Numbered from the stretch's first letter, positions 43,150 through 57,944 are shown. The stretch: 64,000 nt of DNA from the human T2T-CHM13v2.0 reference genome, Homo sapiens (GCF_009914755.1 NC_060927.1), one strand, 5' to 3'. A program made the numbers and translations. Notes: generated from the letters alone by a model not told the origin.

Positions 43150-44660
43150 GGAAAGACATGGGATTTGAGTCACAGGACCTTGATCTAAATCCTGTTTATT
43201 GACTGTGTTATCTGGGGCTCTGTGAGCCTCTGTTCACTCATGTAAACTGGAAATAATAATGCCTTACCTTCAGGGATGTTCTAGGAATGAATGATGAACA
43301 CATAGTGGTGGAAGGCTTTGCACATTGAGGCACATAAATGATTTCCTTTCCCTTTCTGAGGGGTCAGTGCTGTGATTTGGAGGGGAATGGTGGAGTGACT
43401 ATGGAGAGTCCATGCTTAAAGAATGGAAACCACTGCATTTTACTAAGCTTGTTGGCTCTCTGTGGTTTGATAATAGGGTAGGGATGGGGTGGATTTGGCT
43501 TACTGGGTCAGGGAGGATCTCCCTACAGGGTAAGGGCTCACAGGAATGGAACTGCCTATCTCTCTTTAATCCTGAGCCAGTGGTTGATGTTTTGGTAGCT
43601 TTGGCTTCTCTTCAGCTGTGGGCTCTAGCTGCATAGGGCTTGATACTTGTGGGTAATTTGCAACTACTGGTGCAGTGGAATCCCGGGGATTGACAGAGGG
43701 GCAGTGTGTGTAGTTTAGGGGGAGGGAAGGAGGATCCCCTGTCTCCCTGGCGCCTCATGTCCAGTGAAATGTTGTGCCAATCAATGGCATTGATTGGTCT
43801 CTGATGGAGATGTAGTTCTATTAGTTCAATTTCCTGTTTCACTATAGAATGTGACTGTATGTGTTTGTGAGAGAGACACAGGGAAGGAGTTATTATCAAC
43901 AGTGGGCAATAGGGGAGTAGTCAGGGGAAGAGAGAGGGGACAGTTCTCTCTGGGACTCTCAGTTGTCCTGAACGTGGGAGTAGTGACTTGCTGGAGTAGA
44001 ACTATGGAAATTAGGGTAACAGGGTATTTTTCCACGAAGGAAACTAGAGAAGGAAGTAAGATCAGTCCGAGTGTAGGATCAGTGTTCTGAATACAAGAGG
44101 CAGATGCCCATTGTTGGATATGAGAATCTAAGGTGGAGAAGAGGGCTGGCTTGGTTGAAACTCAACCAAGAGCATTTCAGAGTTCTTTCCTCAGAAAATA
44201 CCGTGGTAAAGCTTTAGTTAGCTATAGATGTACTTGGGACGTGTGGTAAAAAAAGAAAAACAAATAAGACGGGGACCCAGTCCATCACTCTGATTCCTTA
44301 CAACCACATCAAGGCTTCAAGATGTGGCTTTACCCCAAGGAACCTTTAGCGCCTTCCTGGCATCTCACAAACTTTTCTCTGAAGGAATCTCTCTTCTCTG
44401 AGTGTGATGAAGGGTGTTGAACCATTGGGAAGGAACTTTACAACATCCACTGTGTGCCAGGTATAGTACTGGTCACTTTATGTCATCTTAGTTTTCATAA
44501 CAACTGCATGATCTATGCATGCAAAATCCCAGTTTTACTTATTAAGAAACTGAGGCTCAGAGATGTGAAGTGTCTTATCCAGCGTCACATGGCTGGTGAA
44601 TAAGTGGCAGTATTGGGATTAGAACCCCAGACCTGAATTTAGATCATTTAGAGCCCCTAA
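43150..44660. mobile_element. MIR (+, ~43150-43330), probable L2 (-, ~43850-44150), MIR (-, ~44430-44660)
   Basis: ctgtgagcctctgttcactcatgtaaactgg; aagaaactgaggctcagagatgtgaagtgtctt. Confidence 0.65.
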
Positions 44661-44974
44661 ATGTCAGGTTAAGGAGTTTGGAATTCTTTTAAAAGGCAAC
44701 AGAGAGTTGTTGGCTGTGACCAACAGGTTGATATATGAGAGAAGACGTTTTCCTCTTGAGTACACACAGAGAAGTTGTAGATCAATAAAAGCAAGCTCTA
44801 AACCTCTCTCACATTTATGGGCCCTTGGGCTTGATTCTTCTTTATGCAATCAAGACTTCTTAGTGCTGTCTGGCTCCAGACTTGGGGTTTTTTGAAGCCT
44901 GCAGAGTCTCAGGGCACAAACAACATGAGCTGCTTGCCTAAGACATACTTTATAAACTCCTTCCACTTCCACAT

Positions 44975-44976
<2 letters not shown>

Positions 44977-45017
<41 letters not shown>

Positions 45018-45262
45018 AGACATGGTCTCGCTTTGTCACCCAGGCTGGAGTGTCGTTCAAAAGATTCTCATGCCTCAGCCTCCCAAGTAGCTGGGATTAT
45101 AAGTGTGTGCCACCATGCCCAGCTAATTTCTTGTATTTTTTTAGTAGAGACAGGGTTTCATTATGTTAGCCAGGCTGGTCTTGAACTCCTGGCCTCAAGT
45201 GATCTGCCTGCCTTGACCTCACAAAGTGTTGGGATTACAGGCATGAGCAACCTCACCTGGCC
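44977..45262 (-). mobile_element. Alu (AluS-type) with an internal deletion and a pure 40-nt tail
   Basis: ggagtgtc|gttcaa junction at ~45054 lacks ~40 bp of the right arm. T40 at 44977-45016. Imperfect TSD cca(c/t)ttc(c/t)acattcttt. Confidence 0.93.
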
Positions 45263-45344
45263 CATTTCTACATTCTTTATGCTACCCCTGTTCTCAGAAG
45301 TGATGGAGTAATGCTATGTAAGGATTTGGGAAATTAGGCTCCAA

Positions 45345-45852
45345 GGTTTAGTGGATTGAAACAACTATTTGCTTACTGGCTTAGCTACTTGGGTTGGCAT
45401 CAGCTGGGCAGTTTTTCTGCTGGTCTTACCTGGAGTCACTCATGTAGCTGCAGTCATTTGGCAGCTTGACTGGGGCTGGATGGTCTAAGATGGCTTTACT
45501 GACAAGTCTGGCAATTGGTGCTGGTTGTCAGCTGAATAACTCTCTCTGTTCATCTTTTTGTGATATCTTATCCACTAGAAGACCAGACTGAGTTTCTTTA
45601 CGTGATGGCAGAAGTGTTGAAAGAGAACGAGAGCGGAAGCTGCAACACCTCTTGAAGTTGAGGCCTAGAAGTCACACAGCATCTCTTCTGCTCTACTGGA
45701 TTGGTCAAAGCAAGTCATGGGCTAGTTCAGACTGAGGGGGTAGCAAAATAGACCCTACCTCTTGGTGGGAAAAAAGGCAGTCACATTGTAAAGGAGTGGG
45801 CACATAAGGATAGAAGGACTTGATTTGGCTATCTTATAAACAACCTACCACA
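45345..45852 (-). mobile_element. MLT1 (H/G-like) MaLR LTR
   Basis: cagctgggcagtttttctgctgg...ggctggatggtctaagatggct...ttggtcaaagcaagtca...ctaccaca. Confidence 0.8.
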
Positions 45853-46134
45853 GAAGGACTTCTGTTTTTCTGATCCTCCCTTAAGTTTGAACTACATGTT
45901 CCCTGAGGAATTCCTGCCTGTGGAGATCAAATTAGAATTTGGATTCTCAGCAGGTGGTTTAATAACTGCAAGCAGTTGCCTTCAGAGTCCCTGAATAAAA
46001 TCATCCTCCTGGGGTCCTGGGAAAGGCTTTGATGGGTATCTTAAGCTCTCTCTCCGCAGATCTTGAACTACTTCCATAGGTTATTGGATATTTGGTGAGA
46101 AAGGCATCTTGGAGGAATGGAAATGCAGGGGTTT

Positions 46135-47450
46135 GGGAGGTGGACAGACCTGGATTCAGCCAGTTCAGTCTTAGTTCTGACTGGCTACATGGCTTTGGGT
46201 AGGTTACTTGACTTCTTTGAATCTTATTTTCCTTATCCATAAAATAAGTGTATTCATTTTGCATGATTGAGTTGAGGAGTCATTCATTCAACAATGGGTG
46301 ATAATAACTAAAATCAATTCCAAGAGTAGCATGAGCTCAAGGCCTCTCATTCAGACTCCTGAATCAGCCCATCTCACCCCTACCCCATTCCCCTTCGCCT
46401 TACCTTGGCTTGCTGGCCAAATAGGCCGTGAGTTCCTAAGGTCTTCCTGTCTTACTCTGTCATGATTGTTGTGAGCAGGGCTTATCCCAGTAGGATAAAT
46501 GTACAAGGAGGAAGAGGGAGAGAGTTTAAGAAAACCAGCCAGAAAGTCTGCTCCAGATAACAAGAAATTCTGCCAAAGTACTGGATGGAATAGCCAGAAA
46601 TGATGCACAGAGAATCTAGTCACTGTTTAGGACATGGGTGTAAGATTTGGATACACAAGGCCAGGCCCTGAGCCTTCTAGCTCTGAAGTCTTGGGCAAGG
46701 CTTTGAACCTACTAAGCCTAGCTTTTCTTATCTGTACCCTAGCAATCAGAATTTTGTATTGCAAGTTCGTTGAGAATAGGAGAAGAAAATTTGCCAGGGG
46801 CGCCCCTGGAACATAGAGAGTTCCTGGGCCTGTGTAGGTGCACAGTAAAGGGTGGCTTTGTGATTATTCTCAACCCTCTCAATGCTGTGCTCCCTGTGTG
46901 TTGTGGCTCTGCTGTCCACAGGAAGTAATGGGGTAAGACCATTCCAGGCTTTTAATGACCCATCTCCTGGGACTCAATGGCTGTATTTTTTAAAAGTTGT
47001 GCTTTATGTAGATTTTTATAAATTGGGTCCTATTTCCTCATTGACCAATCTGACTATTAATCTCAGTGAAAGAGTTCATTGGAAAACAGATATAATAGGA
47101 ATGAACAGAGCTGCTGCAATCAGCCTGCATCATCATTCTAGCCAGGAAATTAGGCTTCAGGAGATTAAATAATAACTGGCCTAAGGTCACACAACTAGTT
47201 AGTGAAAGAGCCAAGGAACCAGAATGTCTGGTTCAGATTGGTGATTGGGGGGTGGGGATGGTGGGAAGAAAAATTCACAGCAAGTAGACTAGAAGGAAGT
47301 AAATTAAAAATATGGTTAATATATGGAGAATGGGGTGGAATTGAGACATTAGGTCATTTTCTTTTCTATGCTGATTTTTCAAAATTTGATGAACATGTAT
47401 TGCTTTTATAATGGTTAAAATAAGTTTGATAAAGAAAAAATAAAAAGAGA
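46135..47450. mobile_element. Three MIR fragments (~46135-46290, ~46640-46860, ~47050-47240) and an L1ME-like 3' end (~47270-47450)
   Basis: gacagacctggattc; cttgggcaaggctttgaacct; cctaaggtcacacaactagt; tgaacatgtattgcttttataat. Confidence 0.6.
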
Positions 47451-47760
47451 AAGCTTGGGAGAACAGAGCCTATGTAGTGGCCTATGGCTAGATTATGGAC
47501 CTGGGTGTTCCAGACTGGATGTAGTGAACAAAGGACAGACAGAATTGGGAATAAACACTAACTCTTTCTTAGGCCTTGCAGAAGTGATGCTGAGGTTAAT
47601 CTGAAGTTACTTGGGAGATAGAGGAGAGGGGAATGTAGAGAGTCAACAAATCATTGTATTGAAGTTTCCTCTACTTTGTTTGTCTTTTGCCTTGGCCTGC
47701 TGGCCTAGTGATAATTGGGAGAAGGGGGAGTGAGAGGAAAGGGACCAAGGTTTCCTGTGC

Positions 47761-48052
<292 letters not shown>

Positions 48053-48215
48053 CCTGTGCTTTTGAATGGCCATGTGTCAGGGCTACCTAGAAAGATCAGG
48101 GCAAGGCCTCAGAAATCCCCATCAGGATAGACTGGGATGAGATTCACTCCAGGAGCTTTGGAAGAAAATATATAAAACTTGTTATTGTTACCATGACATA
48201 CAAAATGCCCCACTA

Positions 48216-48605
<390 letters not shown>

Positions 48606-49430
48606 TTATACACAAGGCTCACTAGCTTGTCAGTTGCTGCCAATCTGCCCTCAGGTTTGGGCCTTTCTACTAGAAACTCCCAAGCCAAGCTCCCTTCTTC
48701 GAGCACCTGGGCCACTCCTCCATCCCCAGGATGTTAGGCCATTTGGCAAGGTGCCCAGAAGTCCTTAATCGCATCTGTCTCCCAGGAGGAGGGCATAAGT
48801 GCAGGATTCCCCTCAGGCCCCCATGCATGTGGCCTGGAGCTGAGCCTCTGCCAACTCCTCTCCCCCTACAGAGCAGGACTGTCCAGGCCCCTTGTCAATG
48901 GAGCATATCCAGAGAAGGAGAGCTTTCCCAGAGGAAGGAAAGCTGTGTCTGTCAGAGCTCTTTCTCTCTTGATTTCAGCTCTTATAATCCTTGGCAGGAG
49001 AAGATGTTTGAGGATAGCTCGGTTTCCGTAAGCTAATCACCATCTTCAGAATTGAGAAAACAGTAGCAGAATTTAAGTCCTAGTGGGGCTTTCTTTAATG
49101 CCTGGTCAGTCCATGTGAGGACTTTGTGTTGTCCTTCCAAAGTGGCAGCTGGCAGGACCAGTGTCCCATATCCCTGGGCCAGCTTGACTTCTATTGTCAT
49201 AAAAAATTAATGTGGAGGATGAGGTGATTTGTAGGGCCCTGCAGCTGGCAGGCACAGCCCAGCCCACGTGTGCATCCAGGAGAGGCTTTGGTTCTGTACT
49301 TGCCACGTGCCCTGTGTTATGTATGGTGAGGCACATGGAATATCAACAGACCAAGTTCTCTGCACTCAAGATGCGGAAGGAATATTAGGAATGGGAGACG
49401 CATGCCTGGAGGTACCAGGCACCTAGCGCT

Positions 49431-49906
49431 GTGTGCACTGCCTAGGGCCCAGGCCTGCTCTCCAGGATGCGGAGATGCGCGCTGCCGAGGGTCCAGGCCT
49501 GCTCTCCAGGATGCGGAGATGTGCGCTGCGAAGTGTCCAGGCCTACTCTCCAGGATGCGGAGATGCGCGCTGCCGAGGGTCCAGGCCTGCTCTCCAGGAT
49601 GCGGAGGTGCGTGCTGCCGAGTGTCCAGGCCTGATCTCCAGGATGGGGAAATGTGTACAGCCAAGTGTCCAGGCCTGTTCTCCAGGATGCGGAGATGTGC
49701 GCTGCCGAGGGTCCAGGCCTGCTCTCCAGGATGTGGAGGTGCGCGCTGCCGAGTGTCCAGGCCTGATCTCCAGGATGGGGAAATGTGTACAGCCAAGTGT
49801 CCAGGTCTGTTCTCCAGGATGTGGAGATGTGCGCTGCCCAGGGTCCAGGCCTGCTCTCCAGGATGTGGAAGTGTGTACAGCCAAGTGTCCAGGCCTGTTC
49901 TCCAGG
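49431..49906. repeat. 44-bp CpG-rich minisatellite (VNTR), about 10.8 copies
   Basis: Unit CCAGGCCTGCTCTCCAGGATGCGGAGATGCGCGCTGCCGAGGGT starts at 49449, 49493, 49537 ... 49889, with an exact 44-bp period. Confidence 0.98.
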
Positions 49907-49936
49907 CCCAGCACAGACGTGGTTGCCTTGCTCAAA

Positions 49937-50013
49937 TCTTTTAGATTTCAGCCTCTATTCTCTAGCTGTCCTCTCTTTTAGATTTCAGCCTCTATTCTCT
50001 AGCTGTCCTCTCT
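49937..50013. repeat. Perfect 37-bp tandem duplication
   Basis: tcttttagatttcagcctctattctctagctgtcctc at 49937-49973 and 49974-50010. Confidence 0.97.
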
Positions 50014-50274
50014 GAGACTCTATGTGAATATCTTCTTTAACATGTCTAAAATTAAACTCAGCCTCTCCTTCAAGATACATTGCCCCTCTTTCTCAAGACC
50101 TAAAATTTTGAGTTTTTTCATGATTTTCTCTCTTCTGGGGCTCTTTCATCTTAGGTTTTAGACCCAGTAGCCCCCCTTTATAACCTCTTGTCTGCATCTC
50201 TTCCTTTCCACCCATCCCTGCCTTTTTACCTTTTGTGTAGGTGCCTGCAAAGCCCCCTGACCAGCCTCTCTGGT

Positions 50275-50550
50275 CTGGCATTACTCTTTTTTAGCTTCCC
50301 CAGATCAATCTTCCTAAAACAGCAAGTCTTTTCAGTTGTTTTTTACCTCCTAGAACAGTGACTTGGCCTGGATTATGTTAGGATCACCTGGAGAAGATGG
50401 AACGGGATGACTGGAGTTCCCAGGGAACCCACCCTGAGGAAGCCCCGCAGTAGTAGTTGTTGAAGTGATCATTTTCAGGCTCAGTAATATCCACGCAGAT
50501 TACCCACATGGTGATACGTTTTTGGTGTCTTGTAAAATCCTGGATTGGCT
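50275..50550 (+). repeat. Copy 1 of a 276-bp dispersed direct repeat
   Basis: About 13 differences (hand count) from 51497-51772. Confidence 0.97.
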
Positions 50551-51496
50551 TCTCTCTGCCACCCAACTGTGGCCATGGTCTCAGTCCTCACCGTTGACTG
50601 GTGTGTACTCAGGGATTTTGACACTTTGGGATATCAATTGGAACCAAATACTGTGAAGAGGATAAAGCAGCTGCTCGTGCCAAAAGTCAGGGTATGCACT
50701 GTCAAGCCGAAGTTGGCTGACCCAAACTGTGGAGGGAGACAAGCAGGAGAAGCTAGGAGTCCCGGCTCCAACTCAAGCTTAACCATCAACTGTATCACCT
50801 TGTGTTTAAGTCATTTTTCCAGTCTGATCTCAGTTTCTTTTGATGCAAAGCAAGGTTCAGTTAGGTGCTCTGCTTGTCTGGTTTGTTCATAGCACTGCTA
50901 TCTCCTGTTTTCAAGGAAATTTGGGAGATGTATTTTCTAACTGTAGATTAGTTCTCTCCTTGCTTCATGTTAAATAGGCATCCTTAGGTCTTGGCTAAAA
51001 GGAATTACAGACTGTTGGTGTTGGGAGGGAACTTGGAGATTACCTCTTACCTGATGGGTATCCACACTATTCGCAATGCAAAGGAGACAGCAGATTGATT
51101 TCCTGTCAGACTCCCAGGGCAGAGAGGCCCATTGGGTCCCAAGGGCTCAAAGCACTTAGCAAGGATCACCTGACCTTTCCTGAGAAGAGGCACACTAAGA
51201 AGACTAAGAGAGAGAGGGCAGTCTATCTCTTCTTAGAGGTGGACAGGATGCCTGGTGGGCATCACTGCCTGGGGCAAGTATGGTAATGGGGTTTCTTTAT
51301 TCTCTGTCCCTTCCTTTTCACAGGGCCTGGGAGTCTGAGGACTCAGCTCTGTGCAGGATGGAGAACTCTGCGTGTGTTGTCTCTAAGAACAGGCCTGCCA
51401 TTTCTCAAACACTCCGGGCAAGACTATTGCTTGGCAAGTGTGGACTCAGGCAAAGCCCTCTGTTGCATTTTAAACACAATAAATATCCAGGGTAAC

Positions 51497-51772
51497 CTGG
51501 CATTACTCCTTTTTAGCTCCCCAAATCAATCTTCCTAAAACAGCAAGTCTTTTCAGTTGTTTTTTACCTCCTAGAACAGTGACTTAGCCTGGATTATATT
51601 AGGATCACCTGGAGAAGATGGACCAGGATGACTGGAGTTCCCAGGGAACCCACCCTGAGGAAGCCCTGCAGTAGTAGTTGGTGAAGTGATCATTTTTCAG
51701 GCTCAGTAATATCCATGCAGATTACCCACATGGTGATACATTTTTGGTGTCTTGTAAAATCCTGGACTGGCT
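51497..51772 (+). repeat. Copy 2 of the 276-bp dispersed direct repeat
   Basis: Runs ctggcattactc...cctggactggct and matches 50275-50550. Confidence 0.97.
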
Positions 51773-52515
51773 ATAGTCTAGTAAAAGCATCAAGAATGGC
51801 AGCTAATTTGGAGGAATATTAGGGAGTTGGGGGGTCCCAAATGAGTCAGAAGCTTTGGTAGGGGTCATAAGGAGTCATTGACAAGATGATTGTGATGTGC
51901 TGGGGAGGGATGGTTCCTACCATGCTAAAGATCGCTGTATTTTAGTGGCCAGTAGCCCAGAAGTTTCTTTTTATCCTCTGCAGTTTTCCCAGTTTCCTAA
52001 GCCCCATCTCTTGGAAATCAGCCCCAATCTAATCCATGGATCTCTGGGTAATAGGTGGACTTTACCATAGCTACTTGGTCCATGCAAGTGTTTTAGAAAG
52101 TGTGATCTGGACAACTTGCATCAGTGCCACCTGGGCTGCTCTTTCAAAGGGCAGAAACCCGGGTTCTACCTGGATTTATAGGTCCAAGCAGTGGCACCCA
52201 AATGCCTACCTGAGATAAAAGATGAACACATGTTTCATAGCCCTCTTGTTGTATCTACAACATACCTCTTTACTAAAAGGGTCATGTTTAAGGAACACTA
52301 AGCAAGTGCTAAAAGGAAAATATAGTAGTTCCCCTTTTCTGCGGGTGATACTTTCCAAGAACTTCAGTGGATGCCTGAAACCGTGGATAGTACCAAACCC
52401 TACATATACTGTTTTATCCTCTATATTCATACCTATAATAAAGTTTAATTTATAAATTAGCCACCATAAGAGATTAACAATAACTAATTTAAAAATACAA
52501 CAATTATAAGAATTA

Positions 52516-53953
<1,438 letters not shown>

Positions 53954-54639
53954 TTCTGCAATAAAAGTTATGCAAATATGGTCTCTCTTACTCTAATGTA
54001 TTTTATTGTACTGTACTCACCTAGTTTCGGACCGAGGCTGGCTGCCAGTAACTGAAATCGCAGAAAGTGTAACTGTGGATAAGGGGGGACTACTATAATT
54101 CTTCCTGAGCAAACATTTTAAAGGAATGAATGCCCGAGATACATAGTTGTATAGCTTCCTTTTCATCAGTTGTCCACTAACCATAATCATTGACACAAAC
54201 TTTGATCAGAACAATGCTGAGCTTGAGCCTGGGGTAACTGCTTGTGTGGTGGGGGTATGTTCAACCTTTCTTGGTTTCATCACTGTGGCTCTTCTCAGCT
54301 GCTGACCTTGCCTTTGCCCTTCCCCACTGGGGCTATTTTGTTTCTCACCTGCCAAAGGAGGCTGTAGCAACTTTTGGCACGAGTGCCTGGTTTTTCTCTT
54401 TCTAGTGCTCCTGAGCAGTTCTAGACCTGTTGTCTCCATCCTCCAGCTCCTACCTTGAAGGCTATAGAGCTTTCCATTAGGAAATAAAAACTTTCTGGTT
54501 CCCCAGAGTTCCTCTGCCATGTGCTTTAGTGTTGCCTTCCCCCAGCTTTCATCAAGAAAGGTAGAATAAGCGACTCCTCTCCCTCTTCCCTAACCTAGAA
54601 AAAGAAGGGAAAAGAAAAGAAGGTGCACAGGGAACTGGC

Positions 54640-54870
54640 AAGAAGGTCCTTGCCAGATCTTCAGAGAGACCCAAGTTGGAATCTTGGCCCACCACTTATC
54701 AGCTGTGTGACCTTCAGCAGGTCGTATACACTCTCTAAGAAGCAGCCATCTCTTAAATGGCAGAAGAGGACCTCCCTCGTTGGACTCATGAGGATTCACT
54801 ACAGCAACATGAGAAATCTCTAGCTCAGTGACCCTCACATATTAGCTACTCAGTAAAGGTTGCCCTCCCA
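54640..54870 (+). mobile_element. MIR
   Basis: caccacttatcagctgtgtgacctt...catgaggatt...tactcagtaaa. Confidence 0.7.
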
Positions 54871-55102
54871 TGCCCCTGCCCTGGCTCTCTTTTCCCACAC
54901 AGCCCACTTCTCTCTCTGCTCTCCTTCCTCCGAGTTCTCCATGGCCCCTTGCCCACGTTTATTCATCTCTGTCTCTCACCCCACTTCCTGTAATGAACAA
55001 CACTGTCCTCACTCTGTATGTATCTGACCCCAACTTACAAGTGTGTTATATCTAAAAATCCATTAATAAGTCAGGTATCAGAACTACTCTTGTGCTTTTC
55101 TA

Positions 55103-55413
<311 letters not shown>

Positions 55414-56313
55414 TTATGCGTGATGGTTAACATTCCCAGGCTAGACCCAAAATAACTCATATCATAAGTTACAATGAAAAAAACATAAAGGAGAGAGCAA
55501 CATTATTTTAATAATCATAGCAAAAACCACACCAAGCAAGAGTCCTATTACATTTTTTTCTGGAAAGCTGCTCATGATCAGAAGCAGGTTAAATTAAATT
55601 AGAGGATGAGGAGGTGAGGTTTTGGGGTGCTTTTAAAGGCTTTAAAAGTTGCTGGCTTTGGTTCATTATTAGCTCTAATTTACTACGAAATGCATGGCTC
55701 TCCCTTTTTCCTGATGCAGGTGTAAATCCCTGGCACCAATCTTGCACTTATCTGCCATGATTAGCATTATTTTTGGCTCTAAAATAGAACAAAGCAGGGA
55801 GGAGAACGTGGAGGGGAGGGAGAGGAATCTTTTGCTGCAGTCGTTTGGAAGGAATTGGGAGGAAAGAAGGAAGGCAGAAAGGCCTAGGATAGATATGAAT
55901 GTGCTGTGCAACACTGTTTGTAGTGGAAAGTGGTTCCTAGGAGGGACAGGAGCACAGCATCTCTTCTCTGATGGGGAAGGAGGAAACAGAAAAGAGAAGC
56001 CAAGTCAAGTGGTAGAGTGAGTATTCCCATGTGTTTTAGGTACAGGGTACAGGGATCTTGTAGCAGATCAGGGATAAACATCTTGTTACCAACCTGAGTT
56101 TGGATATTTCCATGTTAGTGTCCCTGGCGTGCCTTTATAGTGACTCTATTCTTTTGCAGTAGGCAAAATCAAGCTGATGAAAATTATATACAAGATAAAA
56201 TTATCCGAAGGGAATTAAATACAAACGTGGATGCTGGAAGACATTAGTTGGTCAGAAATTAAAACAATAGGGCAGCAAATATTTGGAGGTTAGAGAGAGG
56301 ACTTTTTGGGAAG

Positions 56314-56826
56314 TGTATTAGTTATTTATTGCTGTGTAACAAATTGCTCCAAAACTTAACGGCTTGAAATAACACACATTTATTGTCTGACAATTTCTGT
56401 GGTTCAGGAATTTAGACACAGCTTTCTGGGTCCCCTGCTTCATGGTCTCTTAGGAGGCTGCAATCAAGATATCGTCCAGGGTTGGAGTCTTATGTGAAGA
56501 CCTACGTGGAAAAAGCTGACTTGACTTACATGGTTGTTGGCAGTTCCTCAAGGGTTTTGGGGCTGAGGGTCTCAGTTTCTTGTTGCAGAGGCTGATCTCT
56601 GGTCTTTGTTATGTGGGCCTCTCCAACATGGTAGCTTGTTTCATCAAAGCCAGCAAGAAAGAGAATCCTCTGGCAAGATGGAAGCCACAGTCGCACATAG
56701 CCTAGCCACAGAAGTGATCTCCCATCACCTTTGCCTTATTATACTGATTAAGAAGCAAGCTACAAAGCCAGTATATACTCAAGGAGAGAGGATCATTGGG
56801 GGCCTCCCCAGAGTCTCCTTGCCACA
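56314..56826 (-). mobile_element. MLT1 (E/F-like) solo LTR
   Basis: tgtattagttatttattgctgtgtaacaaatt...ttgccaca with TG...CA ends. Flanks ggaag/ggcag resemble a 5-bp TSD. Confidence 0.85.
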
Positions 56827-57127
56827 GGCAGGGAGTATTAACCAAGAAAAAGACTCAGGAGATTGAGAGATCTGGTGCCCCAGACCCATCTGGCTTCATC
56901 TAGTGCCTCTTTAACCATCTCACTATCAGCCTCCAGACCTGAAAGATGTGCTTTATGCCTGGGTTCCAAGTGCTCCTTATCTATGCTGACCAAAACCGCA
57001 TCTTCACATCTGTTCTTCCTCATTAAAGATTTTCATACTGAAAACACATAAAAAGAAAAATAAAGTGTTGGGGAAGAGGAGCTGGAAAGTTCAAAATATT
57101 GAGTATTTGTATATTATATATATAGGG

Positions 57128-57944
57128 TGTTGTGAACTGAATTGTGCCCTTCCCAAATTCATATGTTGCAGTCCTAAATCCCAGTCCCTCAGAATGTGAC
57201 TGTAGAAATAAGGCTTTCAAGAGGTGATTAAGTTAAAATGATGCCGTTAGAGTGGGCCCTAACCCAATCTGACTGATGGCCTTATAAGAAGAGAAGATTG
57301 ATTAGGGCACATGGAGAGAGACTGTGTTAAGCTGTTCTTGCATTGCTATAATTTAATTAATTACTGGGCAATTTTATAATTGCTGGTTAATTTATAAGAA
57401 AGGAGGTTTAATTGGCTCATGGTTCTGCAGGCTGTATAGGAAGCACAGTGCTAGCATCTGCTTCTGGTGAGGTCTCAGGAAGCTTCCAATCATGGTGGAA
57501 GGTGAAGAGGGAACAGGCATCTCTCATGGTGAGAGTGGGAGCAAGAGGCTGGGGAGGTGCTACACTTTACAGTAACCAGATCTCATGAGAACTAACTATT
57601 GCAAGGTCAGCACCAAGCCATGAAGGATCCTCCCCCATGGCCCAAAAACTTCCCACCAGGCCCTGTCTCCAATACTGGGGATTGCATTTCAACATAAGAT
57701 TTGGGTGGGGACAAACATCCAAACTATATCAGACACCATGGGACACAGAGGGACAACTGTGTGAGGAGGCAACAAGAAGGCAGCCATCTGTATCTGCAGG
57801 CCAAAGGGAGGAGCATCAGAGGAAGCCAACCCTGCTCGACCTTGATCTTGGACTTCCAGCCTCCAGAGCAACCAAATAAATTGCTATGGTTTAAGCCACC
57901 CAGTCTGTGATATTTTGTTATGGCAGTCCTAGCAAACTAGTACC
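57128..57944 (+). mobile_element. MLT1A0-like solo LTR, interrupted by an MST LTR
   Basis: aaattcatatgttgcagtcctaa...gtgggccctaacccaatctgactg and cttgatcttggacttccagcctccaga...tttaagccacccagtctgtg. Confidence 0.87.
57323..57731 (-). mobile_element. MSTB-like solo LTR nested in MLT1A0
   Basis: gaggtttaattggctcatggttctgcaggctgtataggaagca...gggacaaacatccaaactatatca. Flanks gagac/gacac. Confidence 0.88.

Noticed and set aside
49317-50015. Cys-rich repetitive ORFs (metallothionein/keratin-associated-like) or a CRISPR-like array
   Set aside because: ORFs are open in several frames on both strands because the 44-bp unit is nearly stop-free. Units are contiguous with no unique spacers, and the DNA is eukaryotic.
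50275-51772. Mini LTR retroelement (two direct repeats around ~950 bp)
   Set aside because: No TG...CA termini, TSD, primer-binding site or polypurine tract. The interior contains a MIR-like fragment and looks like ordinary genomic DNA.
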